Shown in pieces: positions 34,510-44,130 of a stretch of 64,000 bases of DNA (position 1 is the first letter of the stretch; the number at the start of each line of letters is the position of its first letter). The translations under genes and the position numbers were made by a program. Source of the stretch: Dehalococcoidia bacterium (GTDB lineage Bacteria; Chloroflexota; Dehalococcoidia; UBA2979); contig CBDBMD010000003.1 of the NCBI GenBank assembly GCA_965207415.1, positions 2,480,991 through 2,544,990 of the forward strand, given 5' to 3'. The notes below the pieces were generated by a model. The model did no database searches and was not told where the DNA came from. It was given only the letters and a program-made list of their open reading frames with translations.

Positions 34510-35484
34510 ATGCGCGCACGCCTGCTCGGCCTGCTGCGCGGCGGGGCGAGGGGGCCCCGCGATCAGCCCGATCCGCGCGCCGAACCCCCCGCCGGCGACG
34601 GCGCGCCACCACTCCCGCCGCGACTGCTCGCCTCCGCGCGGCGCCTCGAGATCCGCGCCCGCCGCCTCGTCACGAGCGAGCTCGGCGGCGAGTACCGCAG
34701 CACCTTCCGCGGCGCCGGCATCGAGTTCGCCGAGGCTCGCGAGTACGTCCCCGGCGACGACGTGCGCCGCATCGACTGGAACGTCACCGCTCGCATGGGC
34801 GCGCCGTGGGTCAAGGAGTACGTCGAAGAGCGCGAGCTGCACCTCCTCTGCGCCGTCGACGTCTCCGCCTCGCAGCTGGCCGGGCGGCCCGTCCTCGGCC
34901 GCCGCGCGGCCGCGGCCGAGGTCTGCGCGCTGGTCACGCTGGCCGCCGCCTACAGCCACGACCGGACCGGCCTGCTCACCTTCAGCGACCGCATCGAGCG
35001 CTACGTGCCGCCCGCCAAGGGCGCGCGCCACGCGATGCGGCTCGTGCGCGAGGTGCTGCAACCGGACCAGCCACAACCGACCACCTCGATCGCCACGGCC
35101 TGCGATTACCTCGTGCGCGTGCTGCGCCGCCGCTCCACCGTCTTCCTCATCTCGGACTTCATCGACGACGGCTACGAGCGCCCGCTGCGCGACCTGGCCC
35201 GCCGCCACGAGCTGATTGCCGTCGTGGTCGTGGACCCGCTCGACGAGGCGCTGCCGGACGCCGGCATCGTCGAAGTCGAGGACGTCGAGCGCGGGGGCCG
35301 GCTGCTGATCGACAGCTCCGACGATGGTCTGCGCCGGCGCTACGCCGAGGCGGCCGCGGAGCGGCGGGAGCGGCGCGCCGCCACCCTGCGGCGCGCGGGC
35401 GTCGAGGAGCTGATCGTGCGCACCGATGGCGACGCCGCCGAGCCGGTGCTTGAGTACTTCCGCCGCCGGAGCCGCCGCACATGA
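34510..35484 (+). CDS. DUF58 domain protein (MoxR partner, VWA-like)
   Basis: Conserved FAEAREYVPGDDVRRIDWNVTAR and HLLCAVDVSASQ segments. Start overlaps the moxR stop. Confidence 0.8.
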   Translation: MRARLLGLLRGGARGPRDQPDPRAEPPAGDGAPPLPPRLLASARRLEIRARRLVTSELGGEYRSTFRGAGIEFAEAREYVPGDDVRRIDWNVTARMGAPWVKEYVEERELHLLCAVDVSASQLAGRPVLGRRAAAAEVCALVTLAAAYSHDRTGLLTFSDRIERYVPPAKGARHAMRLVREVLQPDQPQPTTSIATACDYLVRVLRRRSTVFLISDFIDDGYERPLRDLARRHELIAVVVVDPLDEALPDAGIVEVEDVERGGRLLIDSSDDGLRRRYAEAAAERRERRAATLRRAGVEELIVRTDGDAAEPVLEYFRRRSRRT

Positions 35485-36500
35485 CGCGCGCACAGCGGCG
35501 CGCAGGGCTGGCGGTCGCGGTGCTGGCGCTGGCCGCCCTCGCGGTCCTCGGCGCGCTCGCCAGCTCACCGGCAGCGGCGCAGCGGGCGACGCCGCTGGAG
35601 CTGCGCGTCGATGTCACGCCGCGCACGGTGACCCTCGGCGATCGGGTGCGGATCACGGTCATCGCGACGCACACGGAGCCGCTCCTGATCACGGCCGACC
35701 CGCCGTCGCGCGGAGACGTGCTGCAACTGATCGAGGCGCTCCCCGCGGAGACCGTCACGCTGCCCGACGGTTCGCTGCAGACCGAAATCGCGTTCACCGT
35801 CGCCGCCTTCGCGCTCGGCCCGCAGGACGCCGGTCCCCTGCGCATCTTCTGGCTGCGGCAGGACGGCAGCTCCGGCGAGGCGCAGGCGATCCCGCCCACC
35901 TTCGAGGTCGCAAGCGCACTCCTCGATGACTCCGGGGCGCTGCGGCCGCTGAAGCCGCAGGCGGCGTTCGGCGAGCCGCCTCCCGCCTGGGTGCGGCCCG
36001 CGATCGTCGCCGGCGCGCTGCTCGCGCTTGCGCTCCTCGCGGCGGTCGCCGTGGGCTGGCTGCGGCGCCGTGCCCCGGCGCCCGCGCCGCCTCCCGAGCA
36101 GCACGAGCTCGCACCCGAGACCGCCGCGCGGCGGCGGCTCGAGGAGCTGGCCGGAAGCGGCGCGCTCGCGCGCGGCGAGTACGAGCGCTTCTACGGCACG
36201 CTCTCCGTGGTGCTGCGCAACTACCTGGAGGCGCGCTTCGAGTTCAACGCCACGGCGCTCACCACGCCGGAGCTGGACCGCTCGATGGGCGGTTACGGGA
36301 TCGAGCGCTGGCAGGCGCGCCTCGCCGGCGGGCTGCTGGAACGCTGCGACGCCGCCGTCTACGCGGGCCGCCATCCCGATCTCGGCTCCGCCGACCACGA
36401 CCTGACCGTGGCTTTCGAGATCATCGACCTCTCGCGTACGGGACCACCCGCCGGCGTCGGCGCGTACGGCGGACCCGGTCCGGCAACGAGGCGGCCATGA
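35481..36500 (+). CDS. membrane protein of the Bat operon (signal peptide + extracytoplasmic domain + TM + DUF4381-like cytoplasmic tail)
   Basis: N-terminal signal/TM, a central TM helix PAIVAGALLALALLAAVAVGWL, then a helical tail (ARRRLEELAGSG...YERFYGTLSVVLRNYLE) resembling DUF4381. 4-nt overlaps with both neighbours. Confidence 0.45.
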   Translation: MTRAQRRAGLAVAVLALAALAVLGALASSPAAAQRATPLELRVDVTPRTVTLGDRVRITVIATHTEPLLITADPPSRGDVLQLIEALPAETVTLPDGSLQTEIAFTVAAFALGPQDAGPLRIFWLRQDGSSGEAQAIPPTFEVASALLDDSGALRPLKPQAAFGEPPPAWVRPAIVAGALLALALLAAVAVGWLRRRAPAPAPPPEQHELAPETAARRRLEELAGSGALARGEYERFYGTLSVVLRNYLEARFEFNATALTTPELDRSMGGYGIERWQARLAGGLLERCDAAVYAGRHPDLGSADHDLTVAFEIIDLSRTGPPAGVGAYGGPGPATRRP

Positions 36501-37447
36501 GCTTCGCGAGCCCCTGGCTGTTGCTCCTGCTCCCCCTTGCCGGGCTGCTGCTGCTCGCCCCCATACTGCTCCGGCCGCGCCGGCCCCGGCTCGCCGTCGC
36601 CGACCTCGCGCTGCTGAGCGCGGCCGCCGCCCCCAGCTGGCGGCTGCGGCTGCGCTGGCTGCCCTGGCTGCTGCGCGCCGCCGCCATCGCGTTGCTGATC
36701 TTCGCCGCCGCTCGCCCCCAGCGCGGCCTCGCCCTCACCACGCTGCCCGAGGACGGCATCGACATCGTCGTCGTCCTCGATGTCTCCGGCTCGATGAGCC
36801 AGCTCGCCGAGCCCGGCCGCAACGCGCCCAGCAAGCTCGAGGCCGCGCAGGAGGTCATCGGCGAGTTCATCGAGAGCCTCGAGGGCGACCGCATCGGCCT
36901 CGTCGCCTTCCAGTCGCGCGCGATCCTGCTCTCCCCGCTCACGCTCGACCACGACGCGCTCGGCCGGCAGGTCGACGCCGCCGAGTCCGGACTGATCCCG
37001 GACGGCACGGCGATCGGGCTCGGCATCGCGGAGGCGCTCAACCTGCTGCGGGAGTCGCCGGCGCGAAGCCGCATCGCGGTGCTGCTGACCGACGGCGAGA
37101 ACAACCAGGGCGAGGTGCCGCCGATGCAGGCAGCGAGGATCGCGGAGACGCTCGGCATCCGCATCTACACGATCGGCCTCCACGGCGCCGCGCGCGGCGG
37201 CAGCCAGGTCGACGTGCGGTTGCTGCAGCAGATCGCCGCCGTGACCGACGCCGGCTACTTCGACGCCGCCACCCAGGTCGAGCTCTCCGAGGCCTACCGC
37301 GAGGTCCGCCGGCTTGAACGCAGCCGCGTGGGCGAGCGGCGCTTCACCGAGTTCCACGAGTACGGACCGCTGCTCGCGGTCGCCGCGCTGCTGCTGCTGG
37401 CCGCGGAGGTAGGCCTGCGCGCGACCGTCTTCAGGAGATACCCGTGA
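36497..37447 (+). CDS. VWA-domain membrane protein BatA-like
   Basis: Two N-terminal TM helices, a VWA MIDAS motif DIVVVLDVSGSMS and a C-terminal TM helix. Confidence 0.8.
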   Translation: MSFASPWLLLLLPLAGLLLLAPILLRPRRPRLAVADLALLSAAAAPSWRLRLRWLPWLLRAAAIALLIFAAARPQRGLALTTLPEDGIDIVVVLDVSGSMSQLAEPGRNAPSKLEAAQEVIGEFIESLEGDRIGLVAFQSRAILLSPLTLDHDALGRQVDAAESGLIPDGTAIGLGIAEALNLLRESPARSRIAVLLTDGENNQGEVPPMQAARIAETLGIRIYTIGLHGAARGGSQVDVRLLQQIAAVTDAGYFDAATQVELSEAYREVRRLERSRVGERRFTEFHEYGPLLAVAALLLLAAEVGLRATVFRRYP

Positions 37448-39315
37448 TTGGCCTGGCCGACCCGCTGGCGCTGCTCTGGCTGGCAATCCTGCTGCCGGTG
37501 CTGTTCGCGACCTCCTACGCCACGCGGCGGCGGCGCGAGGCGGACGATGCGTTCGGCGGCGGCACGGCGCTGCGTCGTGGGCGCGTCGAGTGGCGACGCC
37601 CGCTGCAGCAGCTGCTGCTGCTCGCCGCGATCGTGCTGGTCGTGATCGCCGTCGCGCGTCCGCAGTGGGGCGAGGAGGAGCGGCCGCTGACCCGGCTCGG
37701 CATCGACGTCGCGGTCGCCCTCGATGTCTCGCGCTCGATGACCGCGAGCGACATCGCGCCCTCGCGCGCCGACGCGGCCGCGGCCGCGCTCGACCAGCTC
37801 TTCAACCACCTGCGCGGCGATCGCGTCGGCCTCGTGACGTTCGCCGGCGACGCGTTCGAGCGGTCCCCGCTCACCCTCGACCTCGATGCGGTGCGCCAGC
37901 TGGTCGCGCGCGCGCAGGAGGAGCAGGCCTTCGTGCGGCCCGGGACGGACCTCGGCGGCGCGCTCGAGGCGGCGCTGCGCCTGCTCGACATCGAGGATCC
38001 CGCCGAGACGCAGGTGATCGTACTGATCTCGGACGGCGAGGACCTCGCCGAGGATCTCGGAGACGCCCTCGAGGAAGCAGAGGACGCCGGCGTCCGCGTC
38101 TTCACCGTCGCCGCCGGGACACCCGACGGGGGGACGATGGCCGCACGCGAGAGCGGCGACGAGGGCGCGCCCACCGTGCGCCGCCCGGCGGGCGACGAAC
38201 TGAGCCGCGCGGACCGGCCCACGCTCCAGCGCATCGCCGACGCAACCGGCGGCGACCTGCGCGAGCTGGGCGAACTGCCCGGACTCGCCGTGGAGTTCCA
38301 GCGGCTCCGGCAATCCGCTTTCGACCAGGGCGCGAACCGCGCGCCCGTCGAGCGCTTCCAGTGGTTCCTCGGCGGCGCGCTGCTGCTGCTCGTCCTCCAG
38401 GCGCTCGCCGCCGACGGCAGCTGGCAGCGGCGCCTCGGCGTTGGCCGCCTCACCCTCGCCGCCTCCACGCTGCCGGCGATCGCGCTGATCGTCGCCTGCG
38501 CCAGCGCCGAGTACGCGGCCACCGAGGACGGCCACGACGCCTACGCCGCCGGCCGCTACGACGACGCCCTCGCCTCCTATCGCGACGCCGAGGCGGTCGC
38601 GCCGGAGGCCCCGGAGCCGCCCTACAACATCGGCAACACGCTGCACCAACTCGGCCGTTACGAGGAGGCGACGGTCGCCTCGTCGACGGCGATGAGCGCC
38701 GCCCTCGATCCGCTGCTGTTCACTCGCGCGGCCTACGCCCTCGGCAGCCACGCCTTCCGCCGCAACGACCTCGAGGCCGCCCGCGACGCCTGGATCAGCG
38801 TGCTGTTGCGCGACCCCTCGGACCTCGACGCAAAGCACAACCTCGAGCTGACGCTGAGCCTCCTCGCCGGCCCCGAGGAGACGCCCGCGCCCACGCCTCC
38901 CGCCGGCGGCGGCGACGGGGAGGGCCAGGGCGAGGGCGAGGGGGGTACGGGGGACGAGGAGCCGCCTCCCGACGACGCCAGCCCCGACCAGTCCGGTGAG
39001 GGCGGCGGCCAGCCGCAGCCCGGCCCGACACCCGACGCGACCCCGGAGCGCAACGGCGCCGGCGATTCGCCGCCGCCCTCGGACCCCGCGGACTCGGGCG
39101 GCTCACCGGCGGGCGGGCCGGGCGCGCAGGTGGAGCAAGAGCAACCCCCGACGCTCGACGATGCGCGCGCGCTGCTCGCCGAAGAGGCGCTGCGGATCGG
39201 CGACGAGGCGCTGACCATCGAGGACGCGATCGCCCTGCTGGAGCTGGTGCGCCGCACGAGTGAGCTCGAGGCGCTGGCGCCGCGCGGCGTGGCCGGCGGA
39301 CCCGGGGACCGCTAG
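37444..39315 (+). CDS. VWA domain + TPR repeat protein (BatB/BatC-like fusion) with Pro/Gly/Glu-rich low-complexity C-terminal region
   Basis: VWA MIDAS motif DVAVALDVSRSMT, a TM helix, TPR-like repeats (AYAAGRYDDALASYRDA, YNIGNTLHQLGRYEEA), then a PAPTPPAGGGDGEGQGEGEGG acidic linker. Confidence 0.7.
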   Translation: MIGLADPLALLWLAILLPVLFATSYATRRRREADDAFGGGTALRRGRVEWRRPLQQLLLLAAIVLVVIAVARPQWGEEERPLTRLGIDVAVALDVSRSMTASDIAPSRADAAAAALDQLFNHLRGDRVGLVTFAGDAFERSPLTLDLDAVRQLVARAQEEQAFVRPGTDLGGALEAALRLLDIEDPAETQVIVLISDGEDLAEDLGDALEEAEDAGVRVFTVAAGTPDGGTMAARESGDEGAPTVRRPAGDELSRADRPTLQRIADATGGDLRELGELPGLAVEFQRLRQSAFDQGANRAPVERFQWFLGGALLLLVLQALAADGSWQRRLGVGRLTLAASTLPAIALIVACASAEYAATEDGHDAYAAGRYDDALASYRDAEAVAPEAPEPPYNIGNTLHQLGRYEEATVASSTAMSAALDPLLFTRAAYALGSHAFRRNDLEAARDAWISVLLRDPSDLDAKHNLELTLSLLAGPEETPAPTPPAGGGDGEGQGEGEGGTGDEEPPPDDASPDQSGEGGGQPQPGPTPDATPERNGAGDSPPPSDPADSGGSPAGGPGAQVEQEQPPTLDDARALLAEEALRIGDEALTIEDAIALLELVRRTSELEALAPRGVAGGPGDR

Positions 39316-39319
39316 AGAC

Positions 39320-41728
39320 TCAGCGTGCGAGGCGGCGCAGCCACAGGCGGCGCAGCAGCAGCTCCCGGAAGAGCCGGTTGCGCAGGCGGCGGTAGAGCGC
39401 GTCGGCGCGGCGCACCGCCGGATCGTCCTCGTCACCCTCGTCCGTCGCCGGCGCCCGATCGGCGGCGGCGGCAGGCGCGCCGTAGCGCTCGCGCGTGAAG
39501 GCATCGGCGAGGATCTCGACGGGCTCCTCGCTCTCGAGGTCGCGCTTCAGTCCGGCGGCGGCCTCGAGCGGCGTGCGGTTGGTGGGGGCCGGGATGCCCG
39601 CCCAGCCGGAGATCCGCTGCACCCTGGCCCAGCGCGCCGTGGCCGGGCTCAGCCCTCGATCGGGGAAGGCCCACGCTCCGCGCACGATCAAGAAGAGCAT
39701 GGCGACAACAGCGAGCGCGGCTATCGCCCAGCCCGCGATCAGCCCGAGCGGCGCCCAGAGCGATCCGTCACCGCCGATGAGGTCTCCCCGAGGTCCGCCC
39801 ACGCCCAGCGGTTCCAGACTCTGCTCCAGCAGTTCCGCCAGCTCCAGCGCCGCGATCGCGTCCTCGGTGCTGCCCTCCGGAACTTCGAAGATGCCGGTTC
39901 CTCGCCCGGTCCGGCTAACCAGCTCGCGGACCGGCGCCGGGTTGAACTCCACCCAGCCGTAGCCGGGGAAGAAGACCTCCGGCCACGCCCACGAGTCCTT
40001 CTCGCTCAGCACGAACGCCTCCGACTCCCGGCTGAACGAGGTCGAGTCGAGCGCGAATCCGACGGCAATGCGCGCGGGGATGCCGAGCGTGCGCAGCAGC
40101 ACCACCATCGCCGAGGCGTGATGGTCGAAGTAGCCCTCGCGGCTCTCGAAGAGGAACCAGTCAATCGGATCGCGGCGCGGAGGCGGGTCCGAAACCTTCA
40201 GGCTGAACGGGTAGTTCTCGCGCAGGTAGCGCTCGACCCGGAAGGCGGCGAGGTATGGGGCATCCTGCTCCGTTGCGATGCTCGCGGCCAGTTCACCCAC
40301 CCGAGGCGGAAGATTGTCGGGTATCTGGAGATAGCGCTCCGTCACCCAGGCCGGGTAGTCGGCGCCCGCGGCCATGAGCGCGTCCACGCCCGCGACGGAG
40401 ATGGAGCCCACCGCCGTGTAGCTCTCCCCGTTGCCGACACGGCTGCTCGGCTGGAGTCCGACCACGTCGCTGGGCGAGGCTCCCGTCAGGAACTCGGCCT
40501 CGACATCGGTCGCGAGCGGCTCGCCGACCGTCAGCAGACGGCGATCGCTGAGCGGCGACTCAACGTGGACCTCGACGGCCACGAGGCTCCGCTGCTGCGC
40601 CCTCGTCGCGGGCGTGCCGAAGCGCGCCGCCTCGACCGTGATCGCCGGCGGGTCGACCAGCTCGGTGTCGGAGAGCCGCCAGCCACCGCGTTCGTAGCGA
40701 TCGAAGACGTAGGCACGCAGGTACGCGAGGCCCCCTGTCTCGGCGGAGACGACGTACATCGTCTCGTCGTCGAGGTTGACGCGGCCCTGCAGCGGCAGGG
40801 CGCCCTCGAACTGGTGGATCAGCTGTCCGTGCTTGCCGTCGATCCCGATGAAGACCTGCCCGAGCGGCTGGATGCGATCGGTGATCGGGCGGACCGCGTT
40901 GCCCCATGCCCCGGCTGCGGGTTCCCAGCCGTCGCCGACAGGCACGATCCAGGCGAAGAGGATCAGCCCCGCCGCCACCCACCCGCCGGCGTGCAGCACC
41001 TGCAGCGAGAGCCAGCGAGGCAGCGCGATCGCCTGGCCTCGCCAGCCGCGAACCGTGCGCAACAGGTGGATGCGCGTGAACAGCAGGATCGCCGCGAAGA
41101 GGAAGATCACGAATTCGAAGGCCGGCTTGCCCGGCAGGTAGGAGATGTTCGTCAGCAGCGCGAACCCGCCCGGCAGCAGCGCCAGCCAGGGGTTGCGCCA
41201 GCGGAACACCGCCCAGGACGCGAGGTACGGGACGAGCCAGACGGCGAAGACCAGCAGCAAGACGAACGGCAACGGGTCCGTGGAGACGCCGCCCGTGACG
41301 AGCGCGCCCAGCCAGTCGCCCATCCGGCCCCACAGATCGCCCCAGCGCGTCGCGATCCCGAGCCCCGGCGCAAACGGGTCGGAGAGCTCCATCGTGTGCA
41401 TCACCATCGCCGTCGACGTCACGACGCCGAGGGCGCCGCCAGCGAGGAACGCCGTCCATGGCCGCGTCCCCAGCAGCGCCAGCAGCGCGCCGGCTGCAAG
41501 CCCGATCGCGGCCGCCACCGGCAGCGCTGGCATCTCGTCGACCCAGTTCGCGCGAGCAATCGAGAAGGCCACGGAGAACTGGGCGATCGCGAGCAGCGCG
41601 AAACTGATCCAGTCTTCCCAGAAGCGCCAGGCCGTCACGCTGCGCGGATCGGCTTCGGCCAGCAGATCGCGCAAGGCGCGGGAACTGAACCCCGCCTGCG
41701 CCGGAGTGCTGTCGGAGAGGGCGCTCAT
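39320..41728 (-). CDS. transglutaminase-like (TgpA/DUF3488-type) polytopic membrane protein, apparently catalytically inactive
   Basis: 802 aa. N-terminal multi-TM DUF3488-like region, a transglutaminase-core-like segment REGYFDHHASAMVVLLRTLGIPARIAVGF, and DSWAWPEVFFPGYGWVEFNPAP. Relative to the canonical C/H/D triad motifs (from memory) all three positions read F/W/N. C-terminal TM helix plus basic tail. Confidence 0.7.
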   Translation of the reverse strand: MSALSDSTPAQAGFSSRALRDLLAEADPRSVTAWRFWEDWISFALLAIAQFSVAFSIARANWVDEMPALPVAAAIGLAAGALLALLGTRPWTAFLAGGALGVVTSTAMVMHTMELSDPFAPGLGIATRWGDLWGRMGDWLGALVTGGVSTDPLPFVLLLVFAVWLVPYLASWAVFRWRNPWLALLPGGFALLTNISYLPGKPAFEFVIFLFAAILLFTRIHLLRTVRGWRGQAIALPRWLSLQVLHAGGWVAAGLILFAWIVPVGDGWEPAAGAWGNAVRPITDRIQPLGQVFIGIDGKHGQLIHQFEGALPLQGRVNLDDETMYVVSAETGGLAYLRAYVFDRYERGGWRLSDTELVDPPAITVEAARFGTPATRAQQRSLVAVEVHVESPLSDRRLLTVGEPLATDVEAEFLTGASPSDVVGLQPSSRVGNGESYTAVGSISVAGVDALMAAGADYPAWVTERYLQIPDNLPPRVGELAASIATEQDAPYLAAFRVERYLRENYPFSLKVSDPPPRRDPIDWFLFESREGYFDHHASAMVVLLRTLGIPARIAVGFALDSTSFSRESEAFVLSEKDSWAWPEVFFPGYGWVEFNPAPVRELVSRTGRGTGIFEVPEGSTEDAIAALELAELLEQSLEPLGVGGPRGDLIGGDGSLWAPLGLIAGWAIAALAVVAMLFLIVRGAWAFPDRGLSPATARWARVQRISGWAGIPAPTNRTPLEAAAGLKRDLESEEPVEILADAFTRERYGAPAAAADRAPATDEGDEDDPAVRRADALYRRLRNRLFRELLLRRLWLRRLAR

Positions 41729-42981
41729 GTGTAGACGCCCCCTCGATCGCCGACGCCGACGGACGAGAGCACCTGCACGAGGTCGTCCTGGCGCTTCACG
41801 GTGTAGGTGTAGACGCCGCTCGAGGCGAGCGTGCCGTAGACATCGAGCGAGCTGGTCGTCGCGCCGAACGTCTCACCCTCGAGCAGCACCGCCGCGACTT
41901 TCACCCCGCGCGCGGAGAGCGACATCAGCGCCAGCGCCCAGTCGTCGCGCGGCGAGGGCGTCACGGCGATCACGGTGGTGTGCCGCCCGAACTTGCGGGA
42001 CTCCTCGAGCAGCAACTGTGCGAGCGAGACGTCGCCCACGGCACGGGCCAGCGCCAGCAGCTCCAGCAGGCGCGTGTAGTGGTTGCCGCCGCGGCTCGGA
42101 TCGTTGACGCGCAGGTCGTCGTCGTAGGCGATCATGCCGACGGAGCGGTTCTGGGTGATGAAGTAGCGCGCGATCGAGGCGGCGACCATCACGGCCGCCT
42201 CCTCGGTGCCGTCGTCGTCCTCGCCGGTGTGGACCGCCTCCTCGAGGTCGAGCAGGACCCAGATGTCGGAGGCGGGATCGAGCTCGAAGAGCTTCACCAT
42301 CAGGTTGCCGGTGCGGGCGGTGGCCGGCCAGTGCACGCGGCTGAGCGAGTCGCCCGCCTCGTAGGCGCGCAGGCCGGCGACGTTGGGCGTGACGTTGTGC
42401 GTGCGCCTGCGGAAGCGCCCGTCTCCCGGCAGGTTCGCCGGCGGCACGTGCAGCCTCGGCAGCTCGGGTGCGCTCGGGTAGACGAGCACCTCCGAGCGCT
42501 CGCCGAAGGTGCGCGACATACGGAAGAACCCGAACGGGTCCGTCGCCGTCACCGTCACCGGGCCCAGCTCGTAGAGCCCGCGCCGCCGCGCCGCCGTCTC
42601 GTAGCGCCAGACGTCGACCCCGCGCCGGCCGAGCGTGAGCACCCGGTTCGTCACATGGTCCGGCAACGTCGAGTGGTCATGGACCTCGAGCCAGACCTTG
42701 GGCAGCCAGGAGCGGGAGCGCACAATCACGCGCCCGTGAAAGGCCCGCCCGCGCGAGACGCGCTGGTCGCGGCGCCGCACCTCCACCTCGATGCCGCGGA
42801 TCATCGAGCGGTTCCAGAAGTAGAGCAGCGGGATCGCGAGCGCGATCAGGTAGGCGAAGCGGAACAGCAGCCAGAACCCGGTGGCGCTGGCGACGGCGAG
42901 GGTGAAGAGCGCGACGGCAATCGCCGCCGCCACGTTGGGCCGGCGCGCGGCGAGGCTTGCGGCCCGCCACAGCGCGCTCAT
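41725..42981 (-). CDS. DUF58 domain protein (second copy, MoxR partner)
   Basis: Two N-terminal TM helices and a conserved LRAYEAGDSLSRVHWPATARTG segment (equivalent to DDxRxIDW). Stop overlaps the downstream transglutaminase-like start (ATGA). Confidence 0.75.
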   Translation of the reverse strand: MSALWRAASLAARRPNVAAAIAVALFTLAVASATGFWLLFRFAYLIALAIPLLYFWNRSMIRGIEVEVRRRDQRVSRGRAFHGRVIVRSRSWLPKVWLEVHDHSTLPDHVTNRVLTLGRRGVDVWRYETAARRRGLYELGPVTVTATDPFGFFRMSRTFGERSEVLVYPSAPELPRLHVPPANLPGDGRFRRRTHNVTPNVAGLRAYEAGDSLSRVHWPATARTGNLMVKLFELDPASDIWVLLDLEEAVHTGEDDDGTEEAAVMVAASIARYFITQNRSVGMIAYDDDLRVNDPSRGGNHYTRLLELLALARAVGDVSLAQLLLEESRKFGRHTTVIAVTPSPRDDWALALMSLSARGVKVAAVLLEGETFGATTSSLDVYGTLASSGVYTYTVKRQDDLVQVLSSVGVGDRGGVYT

Positions 42982-42984
42982 GGC

Positions 42985-43980
42985 TCAGGCGCCGCCGCGC
43001 GCCCGCGCACCCGGCACCGGCGTGCGCTCGATGCACTCGTCGACAATCTGCGCGCTCTCGATGTTCCGCACGCGCGCGGCCGGGCTCACGATCACGCGGT
43101 GCCCCAGCGTCGGGTAGGCCAGCCGCTTGATGTCGTCGGGCTGCACGAAGTCGCGCCCGTCGAGCATGGCGTAGGCCTGCGCGGCCCGCATCAGCGCCAG
43201 CGACCCGCGCGGCGAGGCGCCCAGGTAGACGCTCTCGTGCTCCCGCGTCGCGTTCACCATCGTCACGATGTACTGCTTGATCAGCGGGTCGATGTAGACC
43301 CCGCGCGTGGCCTGCTGCAACTCGATCACCTCCTCGGCGGAAGTGACCTGGTCGAGCGATTCGATCGGGTGCTGCTCTTGCTGCGCGTCCATCACCAGCA
43401 CCTCGTCGGTGGGGTTCGGATAGCCGAGGCGGACACGCATCAGGAAGCGGTCGAGTTGCGCCTCGGGCAGCGGGAACGTGCCCTCGTACTCGATCGGGTT
43501 CTGCGTGGCGAGGACCATGAACGGCTCGGGCAGCTTGCGCGTCACGCCGTCGACGGTGGCCTGGCGCTCCTCCATCGCCTCCAGCAGTGCGGACTGGGTC
43601 TTCGGCGTGGCGCGGTTGATCTCGTCCGTGAGCACGATCTGCGACATCACCGGGCCGGGCCGGAATTCGAACTCGCTACTCGCCTGGTTGTATACCGCAA
43701 CGCCCGTCACGTCCGAGGGCAGCAGGTCCGGCGTGAACTGGATGCGCTGGAAGCTGCACCCCGTCGAGCGCGCGAGCGCCCTCGCCAGCATCGTCTTGCC
43801 AACACCGGGGACGTCCTCGAGCAGCAGGTGCCCCCGGCAGAGCAGTGTGACGAGCGCGAGGCGCCCCTCCTCTGCTTTGCCGATGATCACGCGTTCGATG
43901 TTTTCGAGGATGCGCTCGGAGACTTGGCGTGGATCTTCCACGTCGGCCCTCCCAACCCTTCGCGGCCGGGCTCGCCCCAT
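42985..43980 (-). CDS. MoxR-family AAA+ ATPase (second copy)
   Basis: Walker [27 protein letters not shown] and [28 protein letters not shown]. Start MGRARPRR at 43980 preferred over the track start at 44175. Confidence 0.85.
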   Translation of the reverse strand: MGRARPRRVGRADVEDPRQVSERILENIERVIIGKAEEGRLALVTLLCRGHLLLEDVPGVGKTMLARALARSTGCSFQRIQFTPDLLPSDVTGVAVYNQASSEFEFRPGPVMSQIVLTDEINRATPKTQSALLEAMEERQATVDGVTRKLPEPFMVLATQNPIEYEGTFPLPEAQLDRFLMRVRLGYPNPTDEVLVMDAQQEQHPIESLDQVTSAEEVIELQQATRGVYIDPLIKQYIVTMVNATREHESVYLGASPRGSLALMRAAQAYAMLDGRDFVQPDDIKRLAYPTLGHRVIVSPAARVRNIESAQIVDECIERTPVPGARARGGA

Positions 43981-44130
43981 CTCGCCGTCAGGCGTGGTGG
44001 CACAGGGGAGGCCGACGCAGCGCGCGCCAGTATAGCAGCGCGCTCCGCGGCGCTCTCCCCGCGCGCCGTGGCGTGCAACCCATAATCGCGTCCTGCGGAT
44101 AGGATGTAGGGACTCCCGGCGAGGAGGCGC

